Part shown: positions 10,539-19,908 of the stretch, in pieces
Layout of the letters: each line of letters starts with the position of its first letter
How positions within the stretch are numbered: the stretch's first letter is position 1
NCBI GenBank assembly: GCA_964576865.1
Contig: CAZNVK010000008.1
Span: 570 to 64,569, forward strand
DNA: 64,000 bases
Origin: an uncultured Candidatus Poseidoniales archaeon
Lineage (GTDB): Archaea; Thermoplasmatota; Poseidoniia; Poseidoniales; Thalassarchaeaceae
Reading direction: 5' to 3'
Program-made: the position numbers and the translations under genes
Notes under the pieces: generated by a model
Database searches by the model: none
Told to the model about the DNA's origin: nothing
Seen by the model: the letters and a program-made list of their open reading frames with translations, nothing else

Positions 10539-10997
10539 ATGGTCCGAGTCATGGCAGTCGGGGTATTCGACCTGCTGCATGCTGGCCATCTGCACTACGT
10601 CGAGCAAGCAAAGGCTCTCGGAGACGAACTCGTGGTCGTCGTTGCACATGATGATACGGTCCGTAAGCAGAAACACGAACCTGTGACTAATCAGAATCTG
10701 CGTATGCGCATGGTCACAGGCTTGAAGCCGGTCGACGAGGCGATTATTGGGAATCCTCCGAGCGTACCAATCTTCGACATCTTGGATGTCGTAAAACCTG
10801 ATGTCATCGCGCTTGGTTACGATCAGAAGCATTCGCGCGATTCAATCAAAGCAGGATTAGATGCGAATGGTTGGGGTCATGTCGAGGTTGTTCGGGTAGA
10901 AGGATTGGCTGATGATTTGGATGGCACGAGGAAGATCATCGCTCGAATCATCGACCTTTGGTCAGGTGAGACCGGCGGTCCTTACGAGGAGGACTGA
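10539..10997 (+). CDS. ribL: Archaeal FAD synthetase (CTP-dependent FMN cytidylyl/adenylyltransferase)
   Basis: VMAVGVFDLLHAGHLHYVEQAKALGDELVVVVAHDDTV and LKPVDEA resemble the MJ1179-type RibL cytidylyltransferase fold. Start chosen at MVRVMAVG; the ORF opens at 10461. Confidence 0.85.
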   Translation: MVRVMAVGVFDLLHAGHLHYVEQAKALGDELVVVVAHDDTVRKQKHEPVTNQNLRMRMVTGLKPVDEAIIGNPPSVPIFDILDVVKPDVIALGYDQKHSRDSIKAGLDANGWGHVEVVRVEGLADDLDGTRKIIARIIDLWSGETGGPYEED

Positions 10998-10999
10998 AG

Positions 11000-11599
11000 A
11001 TGTTCACTGGAATTGTAGCTGGGACCGTCGAAGTGTCTGCCATTGAGGAAGATGGCGAGATTCGCAGTTTTGTTGTCGACCTCGATGGATTCGATGAGGG
11101 TCTCGAGATCGGAGCGAGTGTTGCTCTTGATGGAGTCTGCATGACGGTAGTCTCTGTGGATGGTTCCGAGGTCCGATTTGATGCTATTCCCGAGACTCTA
11201 GAGCGCACGACGCTCGGGGCTGCACAGGCTGGCAGTCGGCTGAATGTCGAGCGCTCACTGCGCATGGGTGATGAGCTCGGTGGACATATTCTATCGGGTC
11301 ATGTGATGTTAACCGCGAGAGTACTAGAGAGAGTTATGCGCGGTCAAGGCATCGACCTCGTGATCGAAAATCCACCCGAGGCGCGACCGTACATTTTGGA
11401 GAAGGGGTTCGTTGCGGTCGATGGCATGTCTCTGACTATCGGCGAGGTTGCTGAAGACTCATTCAATCTGCATATTATTCCCGAAACACTCAGAGTCACC
11501 ACCATCGGCCAGAAGGTTGTGGGAGACTTGGTTAACATCGAGATTGACTCGCAGACTCAGGCCGTAGTCGATACTATTCGACGCATGGAGGTGAACTGA
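11000..11599 (+). CDS. ribE: Riboflavin synthase, eubacterial-type alpha chain
   Basis: 199 aa with MFTGIV N-terminus and internal two-barrel duplication (SVALDGVCMTV / FVAVDGMSLTI). Confidence 0.9.
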   Translation: MFTGIVAGTVEVSAIEEDGEIRSFVVDLDGFDEGLEIGASVALDGVCMTVVSVDGSEVRFDAIPETLERTTLGAAQAGSRLNVERSLRMGDELGGHILSGHVMLTARVLERVMRGQGIDLVIENPPEARPYILEKGFVAVDGMSLTIGEVAEDSFNLHIIPETLRVTTIGQKVVGDLVNIEIDSQTQAVVDTIRRMEVN

Positions 11600-11994
11600 T
11601 GAGAATCGCTGCAGTTTGTGGTTCCTTCCACAAGGAGGAGGTTGTGCGCATGCTCGACTGGGCGCGCGACGAGGCCACATCGAAGAATGCGGAAGTGACC
11701 GAAGTGGTCTGGGTTCCAGGTTCAATGGAGGCTCCTCTGGCACTCGAGCGGCTACTCGTCCGCGAAGATGTCGATGGAGCGGTTGCGCTGGGAATAATCG
11801 AACGTGGACAGACTCAACATGGACTTGTTATGGGTCAATCGGTAACTCGCGCGATAATCGATTTACAAATCAAACACGACAAGCCAATCGGGCTCGGAAT
11901 AATCGGACCAGGTGCCGAGCCCGAGCATATCGGACCGCGCCTTGAACCGCATGCCCGCGCCGCTATCGGCGCGGTCATCGCGATGCAAGAATGA
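11599..11994 (+). CDS. ribH: 6,7-dimethyl-8-ribityllumazine synthase
   Basis: 131 aa. VPGSMEAPLALERLL...DVDGAVALGIIERGQTQH...DKPIGLGIIGPG aligns with archaeal lumazine synthase. ATGA start/stop overlap with ribE. Confidence 0.85.
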   Translation: MRIAAVCGSFHKEEVVRMLDWARDEATSKNAEVTEVVWVPGSMEAPLALERLLVREDVDGAVALGIIERGQTQHGLVMGQSVTRAIIDLQIKHDKPIGLGIIGPGAEPEHIGPRLEPHARAAIGAVIAMQE

Positions 11995-12010
11995 GTCGCA
12001 TTACGCTGAC

Positions 12011-12871
12011 TCAGTTGCGGCGCGCCTTCAGAGTGAATGAGAGTGGGAAGCGAGTTTCACCCTCCTTTAGTCGCCAGTAGTTCGGGCGCGACGGCTCTAA
12101 TTTGTCCGGCCACAGGTCGTAGAATAATTCGTCGCGTTCGACCATCGATTCAATCGTGAATCCATTTGAGACAAGCGCGTTGATTACTGTATCGTAACGA
12201 TACTCCCAGCAATGGGTCACGCGCTCCCCTTTCCAATCGGGATCTGCATAACTTCCCTCACCAATCTCAGAGACTGGGTCCTCGTTGAACAAGTCATATT
12301 TCGGCACGAAAAGAGCACCCTGTGAGGTCTCCTTCGTATCGAGTGTATTGACGAATGGAGTCGACTCCTCAAGGTAGAGGATGCCGCCAGTATTGACTAA
12401 CTCAGAACACACTCTAGCCCACTCATCCAAGTTCGGCAACCAACATAGAGCACCACGTCCCGTGTACAAAATATCGAATTGCTCACCGGCAAAAGCTTCG
12501 GCAGCATTGGCAACCGTCGAATGAACGAATCGGGCATCTTCGATGCCTAAAATATCAGCGAAGCGTCGGGCCTCAGTAAGCGCATTTTGCGAAAAATCAA
12601 GGCCCGTCACGCGCGCCCCACGGCGCGCCCAAGAAAGTGTATCTGTGCCGATGTGGCACTGCATATGCAAGAGAGATTTACCAGCCACATCGCCAACCTC
12701 ATCAATCTCCCATGGGCCAAGTTTACACTCCCCAGCCAACCATTGCTCAATCCGATAAAACTCGGCCCCACCACCTTGCGCGTGAACAGAAGCAACCGCA
12801 TCCCAACTCGCATGATTCTCAGCGATGGCGACCTCGTCCGAGGCAGGAGGAGGAGCAGGGCGCCAAGTCAT
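12011..12871 (-). CDS. Class I SAM-dependent methyltransferase
   Basis: Motif I-like VTGLDFSQNAL preceded by LLHMQCHIG, and a conserved acidic loop. Start chosen at MTWRPAP; the ORF extends to 13060 but would then overlap the trxB start. Confidence 0.7.
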   Translation of the reverse strand: MTWRPAPPPASDEVAIAENHASWDAVASVHAQGGGAEFYRIEQWLAGECKLGPWEIDEVGDVAGKSLLHMQCHIGTDTLSWARRGARVTGLDFSQNALTEARRFADILGIEDARFVHSTVANAAEAFAGEQFDILYTGRGALCWLPNLDEWARVCSELVNTGGILYLEESTPFVNTLDTKETSQGALFVPKYDLFNEDPVSEIGEGSYADPDWKGERVTHCWEYRYDTVINALVSNGFTIESMVERDELFYDLWPDKLEPSRPNYWRLKEGETRFPLSFTLKARRN

Positions 12872-13028
12872 GAGCGCGGAGGTGAGCGCTGGTTGAAATG
12901 CTGTCGGGGGGCGAGTTTGTAGCCTGTCGCAAGTAGAGATTGCATCTTCCTCAAGGGTGAGGTTACGTCGATTGAAGCATGATTTCTCGGAGTCAATGTT
13001 CAAAGAACGCCAATCGTTGGCAAGTCCC

Positions 13029-13958
13029 ATGTCGGGCGAAGTGCGCAATGTAATCATCATCGGTTCGGGTCCGGCGGGCTACACTGCTGGGTTGTATTCC
13101 GCGCGTGCGATGCTGGAGCCTCTGATGTTTGCTGGCTACATGTCGGGTGGTCAATTGATGCTGACTTCCGATGTCGAGAATTTCCCGGGCTACCCTCAAG
13201 GGATTGGGGGTCCAGAGATGATGGTGCAGCTGCGCGAGCAGGCTGAGAGGTTCGGGCTCGAGGTTCAGGACAAGAATGTCGAGCGCGTCGATGTCAGCGA
13301 GCGCCCGTTCAAGGTCTGGGTCGAGGGCGAGGAGTTCCGCGCTCAGACCTTGATTATCTGCACGGGTGCTGAGGCGATTTGGCTGGGTGCTGAGGGTGAG
13401 GATGCTCAGAAGGGGCGTGGGATCAGCACCTGTGCCACTTGTGATGGGGCATTCTTCCGCGATGAGGAGATCATTGTCGTCGGAGGAGGCGATTCTGCGA
13501 TGGAAGAGGCAACCTTCCTGACTCGCTTTGCCAGCAAGGTGACAATCGTGCATCGGCGAGAGGGTTTCCGCGCCTCGAAGGTGATGTACGACAGGGCTGC
13601 GAACCACCCGAAGATCGAGATCAAGACGTTCCGCTCGGTGAAGAAGTGGTTGTCTGACGAGAAGGGTCTAACCGGTGCATTGCTTGAAGATCCGCGCGAT
13701 GGCTCGACCGAGGAAATCGCTTGTACTGGGGCTTTCATCGCGATTGGTCACAAGCCTATCACCGGATTCTTGGAAGGTCAGCTTGAGACAGATGATTCTG
13801 GCTATTTGCTTCACACCGAACACACGATGACGAGCGTTCCCGGTGTGTTCGCTGCCGGTGATGTAGTCGATACGAGGTACCGGCAGGCGATTACCGCCGC
13901 AGGAATGGGATGTGAGGCGGCAATCGATGCTGAGCGTTGGTTGGAAGACCAGCATTAA
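13029..13958 (+). CDS. trxB: Thioredoxin-disulfide reductase
   Basis: GSGPAGYTAG FAD motif, redox-active CATCDG, second dinucleotide motif VVGGGDSAMEEA, and C-terminal GVFAAGDV. Confidence 0.9.
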   Translation: MSGEVRNVIIIGSGPAGYTAGLYSARAMLEPLMFAGYMSGGQLMLTSDVENFPGYPQGIGGPEMMVQLREQAERFGLEVQDKNVERVDVSERPFKVWVEGEEFRAQTLIICTGAEAIWLGAEGEDAQKGRGISTCATCDGAFFRDEEIIVVGGGDSAMEEATFLTRFASKVTIVHRREGFRASKVMYDRAANHPKIEIKTFRSVKKWLSDEKGLTGALLEDPRDGSTEEIACTGAFIAIGHKPITGFLEGQLETDDSGYLLHTEHTMTSVPGVFAAGDVVDTRYRQAITAAGMGCEAAIDAERWLEDQH

Positions 13959-14039
13959 GGCAGCAATCGCGCACAGAATCTGTCTGTGTTGTGATTTTCG
14001 AGCCGAAGCCACCATGAGGGCTACGCCTTTCGTGGGCTC

Positions 14040-15188
14040 ATGGGCGATGATTTGAGCGCCGAGGAGAGCGCGCGTTACGCGCGCCACCTGATGCTTCCAG
14101 AGATGGGAGTTGAGGGTCAGAAGCGCTTGCGCGATTCTTCGGTGATGGTAATTGGTGCTGGCGGGTTGGGTTCGCCAGCGCTTCTGTACTTGGCCGCTGC
14201 TGGCGTTGGGCGGATAGGTATCATCGATGATGACCGAGTTGACATCACAAATCTGCAGCGGCAGGTGATTCACTCCAATGCCGCCGTCGGATCTCTCAAG
14301 GTCGAGTCGGCGGCTGCGAGGCTTCGGGAGTTGAATCCTGAAGTTGAGGTTGTCGAACACAATGTGCGGCTCAGTGTTGCGAACGCGTTGGATTTACTCA
14401 GAGGCTATGATGTCGTGCTCGACGGAACCGACAACTTCCCCACGCGCTATACGGTGAGCGATGCTTGCGAGATTCTGGGAACTCCATGGGTCTTTGGTAG
14501 CATTCATCGATTCGAAGGGCAGGTCAGCGTGTTCAATCTGGATGGAGGACCGAATTATCGCGATTTATTCCCGACCGCACCTCCGCCTGAACTGGCTCCG
14601 AATTGTGCTGAGGCTGGGGTTTTGGGAGTTCTTCCAGGAATTGTTGGGAGCATTCAAGCGGCTGAGGCATTGAAACTGATTCTAGGAGTTGGAGAGCCGC
14701 TCACAGGCCAATTACTCGCCATCGACGCTAAGACGATGCGAATGCGCTCGCTGAGATTTGAACGGGATGCAAGCCGAGAGGCTGTCACGGAGATGTCGGA
14801 GGACTTGGTGATGGCCGCTTGTACAAGCGTGACCCAAATCGCGGAACCAGCTCCAGGAGAAGTGCTCGAGATCACGCCCGCCGAATTCGTCAGTCGGAGA
14901 GAATCGGGCTGGAATCCATTCCTCCTCGATGTTCGTCGGGCTGTTGAGGAAGCTATCGTCTCCCTTCCCGACACAGATTTGAGGATCACTCACATCGCTG
15001 TCCCTTCCCGCTCTGAAGAGATTCCTCAGGATCGCGATGTGGTAGTCTACTGCAGGAGTGGTGGTCGATCAGATGCGGTCGCGCGCTGGATGGGACACGC
15101 TGGCTGGGACCGCGCCCGAGTCTGGAATATGGTCGGCGGCGTTCATCTGTGGGCAGATCAGGTGGATTCCGCTGTTCCGAAGTATTAG
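14040..15188 (+). CDS. ThiF/MoeB-family E1-like adenylyltransferase with C-terminal rhodanese domain (MoeZ/Uba4-like)
   Basis: YARHLMLPEMG, GAGGLGSP nucleotide loop, DDDRVDITNLQRQ, then a rhodanese active-site loop VVYCRSGGRS. Confidence 0.85.
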   Translation: MGDDLSAEESARYARHLMLPEMGVEGQKRLRDSSVMVIGAGGLGSPALLYLAAAGVGRIGIIDDDRVDITNLQRQVIHSNAAVGSLKVESAAARLRELNPEVEVVEHNVRLSVANALDLLRGYDVVLDGTDNFPTRYTVSDACEILGTPWVFGSIHRFEGQVSVFNLDGGPNYRDLFPTAPPPELAPNCAEAGVLGVLPGIVGSIQAAEALKLILGVGEPLTGQLLAIDAKTMRMRSLRFERDASREAVTEMSEDLVMAACTSVTQIAEPAPGEVLEITPAEFVSRRESGWNPFLLDVRRAVEEAIVSLPDTDLRITHIAVPSRSEEIPQDRDVVVYCRSGGRSDAVARWMGHAGWDRARVWNMVGGVHLWADQVDSAVPKY

Positions 15189-15201
15189 CAGCCCCTTTCA
15201 T

Positions 15202-15400
15202 TAGTGGTGAATAACAACATAGATGTGCGTTTAATTGTGGTAATTGAGCATGTAATTGCCATTTCTCTCACGCTCCAACCACTTATTCCCTCAATAGTGG
15301 TGAATTCTTATTGCAGTTTCTTGTTTAATAGTGGTGAAATATGCCAATATATTTCTAGAATAACGGTGTGAGAATAGGCGTTCTCCTCCGATAGTGGTGC
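15202..15400 (+). promoter_or_regulatory. Four direct copies of TAGTGGTG(A/C)A in an AT-rich 266-bp spacer
   Basis: Copies at 15202-15210, 15295-15303, 15329-15337 and 15392-15400, all in the same orientation. A degenerate copy TAATTGTGGTAA lies near 15232. The last copy sits in the loop of a 7-bp inverted repeat (15386-15392 / 15403-15409). Confidence 0.4.
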
Positions 15401-15454
15401 AAATCGGAGACGTACAGCGATTCTTTGTTGTACTAGAGGGCGCTGGCCGCACTC

Positions 15455-18316
15455 ATGGTTGGTCGGCGCGGCATCTGGCGGTGCCCGTCCTGCGGCAAGC
15501 ATCAGACTTGGAAATCGCGTGACCAAACGACGACGCGATTGGATCGTAAGTGCACCTCTTGCGATAATCGAATCCGCGTGACTCTTGACCGCTCGGCAAG
15601 CGGTCGTGGGCGCAAACAGCAAGCCTTGGTTTGGGAGCGCCCTCCTGAGACTTCCTTGGAGGAATTGCGGCAGGAAGTCGAACTCCGTGATGCAAGTGAA
15701 TCCAGTCCTTCTGAGCGCGGAGGGGTTGATGGACCAGCGAGTCAGCAGGATTTGCCGCCGCTTTGGGGAGCCGGATGGAGTCCTTCTGAGGCGCTGAAGT
15801 TCGCTGCGCCATTGCCCAGCGAGACCGCTAGGTCAGAGATGATGCGTTTTCTCATCGAGCGATACGACGGACATGTCGAGAGTGCTTTCGAGTGCTGGAA
15901 CGACCTCAACCCTCCGGAGCGCTTCAACGGACAATCCTTCCATGAGTTCTCAGATTCATTTTGTGACGCGTTTAGTCAAGTCTTGAGCGAACGCGTCTAC
16001 GAGCCCGGCCTGGCTGGGCTCGCCCAAGAGGAAATCATTCCTCGGCGCAGCGGCGCATTCTATCTTGACAGGCGTGCAGTGCGCATGTTACGCGATGTTG
16101 CACTGTGCCTGCGCCGCACCGCATACATGGCTGCGATCACCGTCGAGGACCGCTTCGAATGGCAGCGCTGGATGCACCGAACCCGCGCCCTCGACGAGCA
16201 CCTCAAGGACCTCTTCATGAACGGAATCCCTACTCCTGACGGAGGGAAATTCGGCGGCAAGGGATTCCGCTCGACCTGGCAAGAGGGTGTCGTCGCTTGC
16301 GCCACCTCGATGACTCGGGCAATCGATATTCCAGCCGAGTCGATCGATGAGGCAGATGTCATTGCCCCGATGATTCGCGATGTCGGACTTGCCCTCTCGA
16401 TGGGCCAAACCCCACTCGAGATCTTCAACGCACAGATGGGCAAGTCCACCTCCTACATGGATGGAGGTATCGAAGGGGCGGGCGGGCGAGATCTTCACGT
16501 CGGCAATTGGGACAAGCGCGTGCTTCCGCCGACCGCACCACTACCTATCGCCAGCGCTACCGCAACAGGCGTCGCGTTGGCTGCAAATCGGCTCGCAGCG
16601 CCTCGATTCCACCTTGCACCGGTCGGAGAGGGCTGCAGCAGCAGCGGTGAGTTCTGGGAAGCGATGAACCTCGCCGGTGCCAGAGGGCTCCCGATCGCCT
16701 ACATGATCCAGAACAATCAGATCGCCCTCGACACATTCACAGTCGGTCAGTCCGGAGCCGAGACTTTCGGCGACAAGGGTCATTCGATGGGAATCCCATC
16801 TTGGACCATGGACGGCTCCGACCCCGCCCAATTCCACGCATCGACAGCAGCTGCGCGAGAATACGCACTCGACGGAGCCGGAGCCACCCTCATCCACGTC
16901 GAAACCATGCGAGGATGTGGCCACGCCCACCATCACGACGACCTGTATCTCGGCGCAGCAAGCGGAAATCCGCCCGGTTATGTCGACCGCGAGCTGCTCA
17001 CATATTGGGCTGAGAAGGACCCAGTGCCGAACCACCGCGAGTTACTCATCCGCCTCGGAATCAGCGAGCGTCGCCTCGCGCGCATGGAAGAAGAGGAGCA
17101 AGCAGCCGTAGACGAAGCGCGCGCTCAAATGGAAGCAGCGCCGTGGCCTGAAGGCAATTCCGTAACCGAAGGAATCACCTCAATCCACAGCGCCCCGACC
17201 CACACCGAACAGTACGACCGCTTCGGTGTCAGCCTGCCAGGACCAGAGACACCCCTCAAACCCGGCGAGTGCGCAATCGAATTCTCAGACGCACCAAATT
17301 CCTGGACCTACTCCAAAGCCATCCAAAACGGGATGGTCTCGCTCGCCGACAAGTACGCAGATTCCATCGTATTCATGGGCGAAGATATGGAAATCGCTGG
17401 AGCCTTCGGAATGAATCTCCCACTCAAAGCCCGAGGCCACTCCGACAAACTCCTCGATATGCCCTTGGCCGAGGCGATAATCATCCATTCAGCGACGGGA
17501 GCGGCCCTCGGAGGAATGCGTCCGGTCGCAGAAATCCAATTCGGCGGATTCGCCGCACTCGCGATGAATCCGCTCATCAATAACGCAGCCCAGCTCCGCT
17601 GGCGCTGGGGCGCGAAAGTGCCGCTCACGGTCAGAATCCCGCTCGGGGCAAAGACCCGCAGCGGCCCATTCCACGCCAATATGATCGAGTCCTGGTTCGC
17701 CAACGACCCTGGACTCGTTCTGCTATTCCCATCGACGCCCCAAGACGCCTACGACCTCCTCGTCGAAGCCCACGCACTCGACGATCCAGTAGTATTCCTC
17801 GAACACATCGGCCTCTACGGACTCCGCGGAGGCAAAACCGGCTGGGGCGATTCAATCAACCAAATAGTCGACACAAAATCAGTCCACGAACGCCTCGCGC
17901 GCAACGAGACAAGCATCGGCAAAGCCCGAGTAATCCGAGGCGGCAAAGACCTCACAATCGTCACTTGGGGAGCTATGATACACGTTGCCCTCGATGCAGC
18001 CGAAGCAGCTGCAGCCCGCGGCATCGAGGCGGAAATCGTCGACCTCAGAACGCTGGCACCTTTCGACGCGCAGACATGCATCGATTCAGTGCGAAGAACA
18101 GGTCGTTTAATCGTCCTGCAAGAGGCGCAATACACCGGAGGTTTGGGGCACACGGTGAGCAGTCGTATCCTCGAAGAGGCCTTTTGGAACCTCGAAAATG
18201 CACCGGTCGTCATCGGGGCTCTCGACACCCCCGTTCCGTTCTCACCCCCTCTCGAAGACCACACGATTCCGACCTCAGACCTCGTGCTACGTCATATCAG
18301 GCGCATGTGTGAATGA
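15455..18316 (+). CDS. 2-oxoacid dehydrogenase E1 component, fused alpha+beta, with about 200-aa N-terminal extension containing a Cys4 zinc ribbon
   Basis: 953-aa ORF. CPSC...CTSC (15482-15562). TPP-binding alpha part VGEGCSSSGEFWEAMNLAGARGLPIAYMIQNNQIALDT. Beta part from about 17290 (IVFMGEDMEIAGAFG, MPLAEAIIIHSATGAALGGMRPVAEIQF). True start uncertain. Confidence 0.8.
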   Translation: MVGRRGIWRCPSCGKHQTWKSRDQTTTRLDRKCTSCDNRIRVTLDRSASGRGRKQQALVWERPPETSLEELRQEVELRDASESSPSERGGVDGPASQQDLPPLWGAGWSPSEALKFAAPLPSETARSEMMRFLIERYDGHVESAFECWNDLNPPERFNGQSFHEFSDSFCDAFSQVLSERVYEPGLAGLAQEEIIPRRSGAFYLDRRAVRMLRDVALCLRRTAYMAAITVEDRFEWQRWMHRTRALDEHLKDLFMNGIPTPDGGKFGGKGFRSTWQEGVVACATSMTRAIDIPAESIDEADVIAPMIRDVGLALSMGQTPLEIFNAQMGKSTSYMDGGIEGAGGRDLHVGNWDKRVLPPTAPLPIASATATGVALAANRLAAPRFHLAPVGEGCSSSGEFWEAMNLAGARGLPIAYMIQNNQIALDTFTVGQSGAETFGDKGHSMGIPSWTMDGSDPAQFHASTAAAREYALDGAGATLIHVETMRGCGHAHHHDDLYLGAASGNPPGYVDRELLTYWAEKDPVPNHRELLIRLGISERRLARMEEEEQAAVDEARAQMEAAPWPEGNSVTEGITSIHSAPTHTEQYDRFGVSLPGPETPLKPGECAIEFSDAPNSWTYSKAIQNGMVSLADKYADSIVFMGEDMEIAGAFGMNLPLKARGHSDKLLDMPLAEAIIIHSATGAALGGMRPVAEIQFGGFAALAMNPLINNAAQLRWRWGAKVPLTVRIPLGAKTRSGPFHANMIESWFANDPGLVLLFPSTPQDAYDLLVEAHALDDPVVFLEHIGLYGLRGGKTGWGDSINQIVDTKSVHERLARNETSIGKARVIRGGKDLTIVTWGAMIHVALDAAEAAAARGIEAEIVDLRTLAPFDAQTCIDSVRRTGRLIVLQEAQYTGGLGHTVSSRILEEAFWNLENAPVVIGALDTPVPFSPPLEDHTIPTSDLVLRHIRRMCE

Positions 18317-18385
18317 GCTACTTGACCTCGCCAGCGGCGGCAATGAACTCAAACATCATGAGCGAGGCGCGGAGGACGAGATACA

Positions 18386-19327
18386 ATGCTGAACTCCGAC
18401 CCCGCACTGGTTCTCATCGGATTCGCCCTGCTGATGGCTGGCGGCGAAGGGGTTGTGCAGGGCGCGATAAAAATCGCTTACAGACTGCGTGTTCCACCGC
18501 TTCTGGTTGGATTCACCATCGTTGCGATTGGCACCTCGCTTCCCGAGCTGGCGGTCGCACTCGAAGCGATTGGGCAAGGCGACCCTGACATCGCGGTAGG
18601 CGGCGTTCTCGGGTCGAATGTAGCCAATGTGATGTTGGTTCTGGGAACCGCGTGCATGCTCGGCTCTGGTGGCGATGCAGGCGCTGGACTTCGTCGCGAT
18701 GCAATGGCGGTCATCGTCGCGACGATTCTACTCACCGCCTTCGTCTACATGGGTCAGATCCCATCCGAAGGCGGCATTCTGATGCTGATTCTACTAGTTG
18801 CATACTACACCTATTCCTATCTCTATTCAAGAGGGAAAGGTGAGGAGACAGAAGCCGAGGATACCTGGCTCCCTGACAATATCATCCTCGCTATCGCAGC
18901 GACTGTGTTAGGCGGCGTGATGATCTGGCAGGGAGCGGTGATGCTATTGGAAGGTGCCACTGGATTGGCGGAAGACTATGGCATCCCCGACTCCGTCATC
19001 GGTTTGTCTATGGTGGCTCTTGGTACATCCCTCCCTGAATTGGCTGTAACTCTCATTGCTGCTCTTCGGAATCAAGGCGGAGTCGCTGTTGGAAACGTCC
19101 TCGGATCGAATGTCATGAACATTCTAGGAATCCTCGGGACCGCTTCCGTCGTCGGTGGAGGCATCGAGGTCGCTGCTGAATTCGCCGGACGAGACATCTG
19201 GGTGGTGATCCTGACATCTGGTCTGGTTGCTGCCATGCTGCTCGATGATCGTGAGATCGGCCGTCGAGTCGGTGCTACGATGGTTGTCGGATATCTGGCC
19301 TACATGGCCTTCCTCTACATCGGCTGA
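18386..19327 (+). CDS. Ca2+/cation antiporter, CaCA (YrbG-like) family
   Basis: Two alpha-repeats, each with GTSLPELAV (AIGTSLPELAVAL and ALGTSLPELAVTL), and GSNVANV/GSNVMNI. About 10 TM segments. Confidence 0.85.
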   Translation: MLNSDPALVLIGFALLMAGGEGVVQGAIKIAYRLRVPPLLVGFTIVAIGTSLPELAVALEAIGQGDPDIAVGGVLGSNVANVMLVLGTACMLGSGGDAGAGLRRDAMAVIVATILLTAFVYMGQIPSEGGILMLILLVAYYTYSYLYSRGKGEETEAEDTWLPDNIILAIAATVLGGVMIWQGAVMLLEGATGLAEDYGIPDSVIGLSMVALGTSLPELAVTLIAALRNQGGVAVGNVLGSNVMNILGILGTASVVGGGIEVAAEFAGRDIWVVILTSGLVAAMLLDDREIGRRVGATMVVGYLAYMAFLYIG

Positions 19328-19371
19328 CCTCGGCTTCACTCACCAACGCTATCCGCTTGGTACTGACTTCC

Positions 19372-19908
19372 TCAGTCGCACCTCCGGTGGCTCCATTGCG
19401 CAGCCGGCGCGGCCGGATGCGCTCCTAGAATGTCGCAGAGCAGTTCGAGATGGATGCGGTCCTCCTCATCGAAGGCACCGAATAGATCACTATCGATATC
19501 GAGGACCGCCAGCAATCCACCGCGCGGATTGAGGAGCGGTACGACGATCTCGGAGTTCGTCGTGCTCGAGCAGGCGATGTGTTCGGGTCTGGCGTGGACA
19601 TCGGGCACGAGCTGCGTCTTCTTCTCACGCGCTGCAGCACCACAGATTCCGTGCTTGAACTGAATGGTGGTGCAGCCGTGACCCCCCTGGTACGGACCGA
19701 CCTTGAGCGTGCAAGGTTCGGTTACACGATAGAATCCTGTCCAGTGGAAGTAGGTGAATGCGTGATGTAACTCGCACACAGTGGTGGCGAGCACTGCTAC
19801 CCAATCGCTTTCACCTTCGATCGCGGCGACGATGCGGTTAGTCACCTCGGTGTATTGGGACCGGCGCGTCGCCGTGTCACTGCTGCGATAGACGGGCTCG
19901 AGTGTCAA
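19372..19908 (-). CDS. GAF-domain free methionine-(R)-sulfoxide reductase-like protein
   Basis: WTGFYRV...VGPYQGGHGC...GICGAAA...DVHARPEHIACSSTTNSEIVVPL...LDIDS resembles the YebR/fRMsr family. TTG start preceded by GAGGAGGTG. Confidence 0.8.
   Translation of the reverse strand: MTLEPVYRSSDTATRRSQYTEVTNRIVAAIEGESDWVAVLATTVCELHHAFTYFHWTGFYRVTEPCTLKVGPYQGGHGCTTIQFKHGICGAAAREKKTQLVPDVHARPEHIACSSTTNSEIVVPLLNPRGGLLAVLDIDSDLFGAFDEEDRIHLELLCDILGAHPAAPAAQWSHRRCD

Noticed and set aside
13668-14360. 230-aa minus-strand ORF spanning the trxB end and the MoeB-like start
   Set aside because: It overlaps two well-supported plus-strand genes and has no motifs and poor composition.
15189-15454. Chromosomal replication origin
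   Set aside because: There is no adjacent orc1/cdc6 gene, the boxes are direct rather than inverted around an unwinding element, and the match to ORB consensus is weak. It is kept only as a low-probability alternative in the finding.
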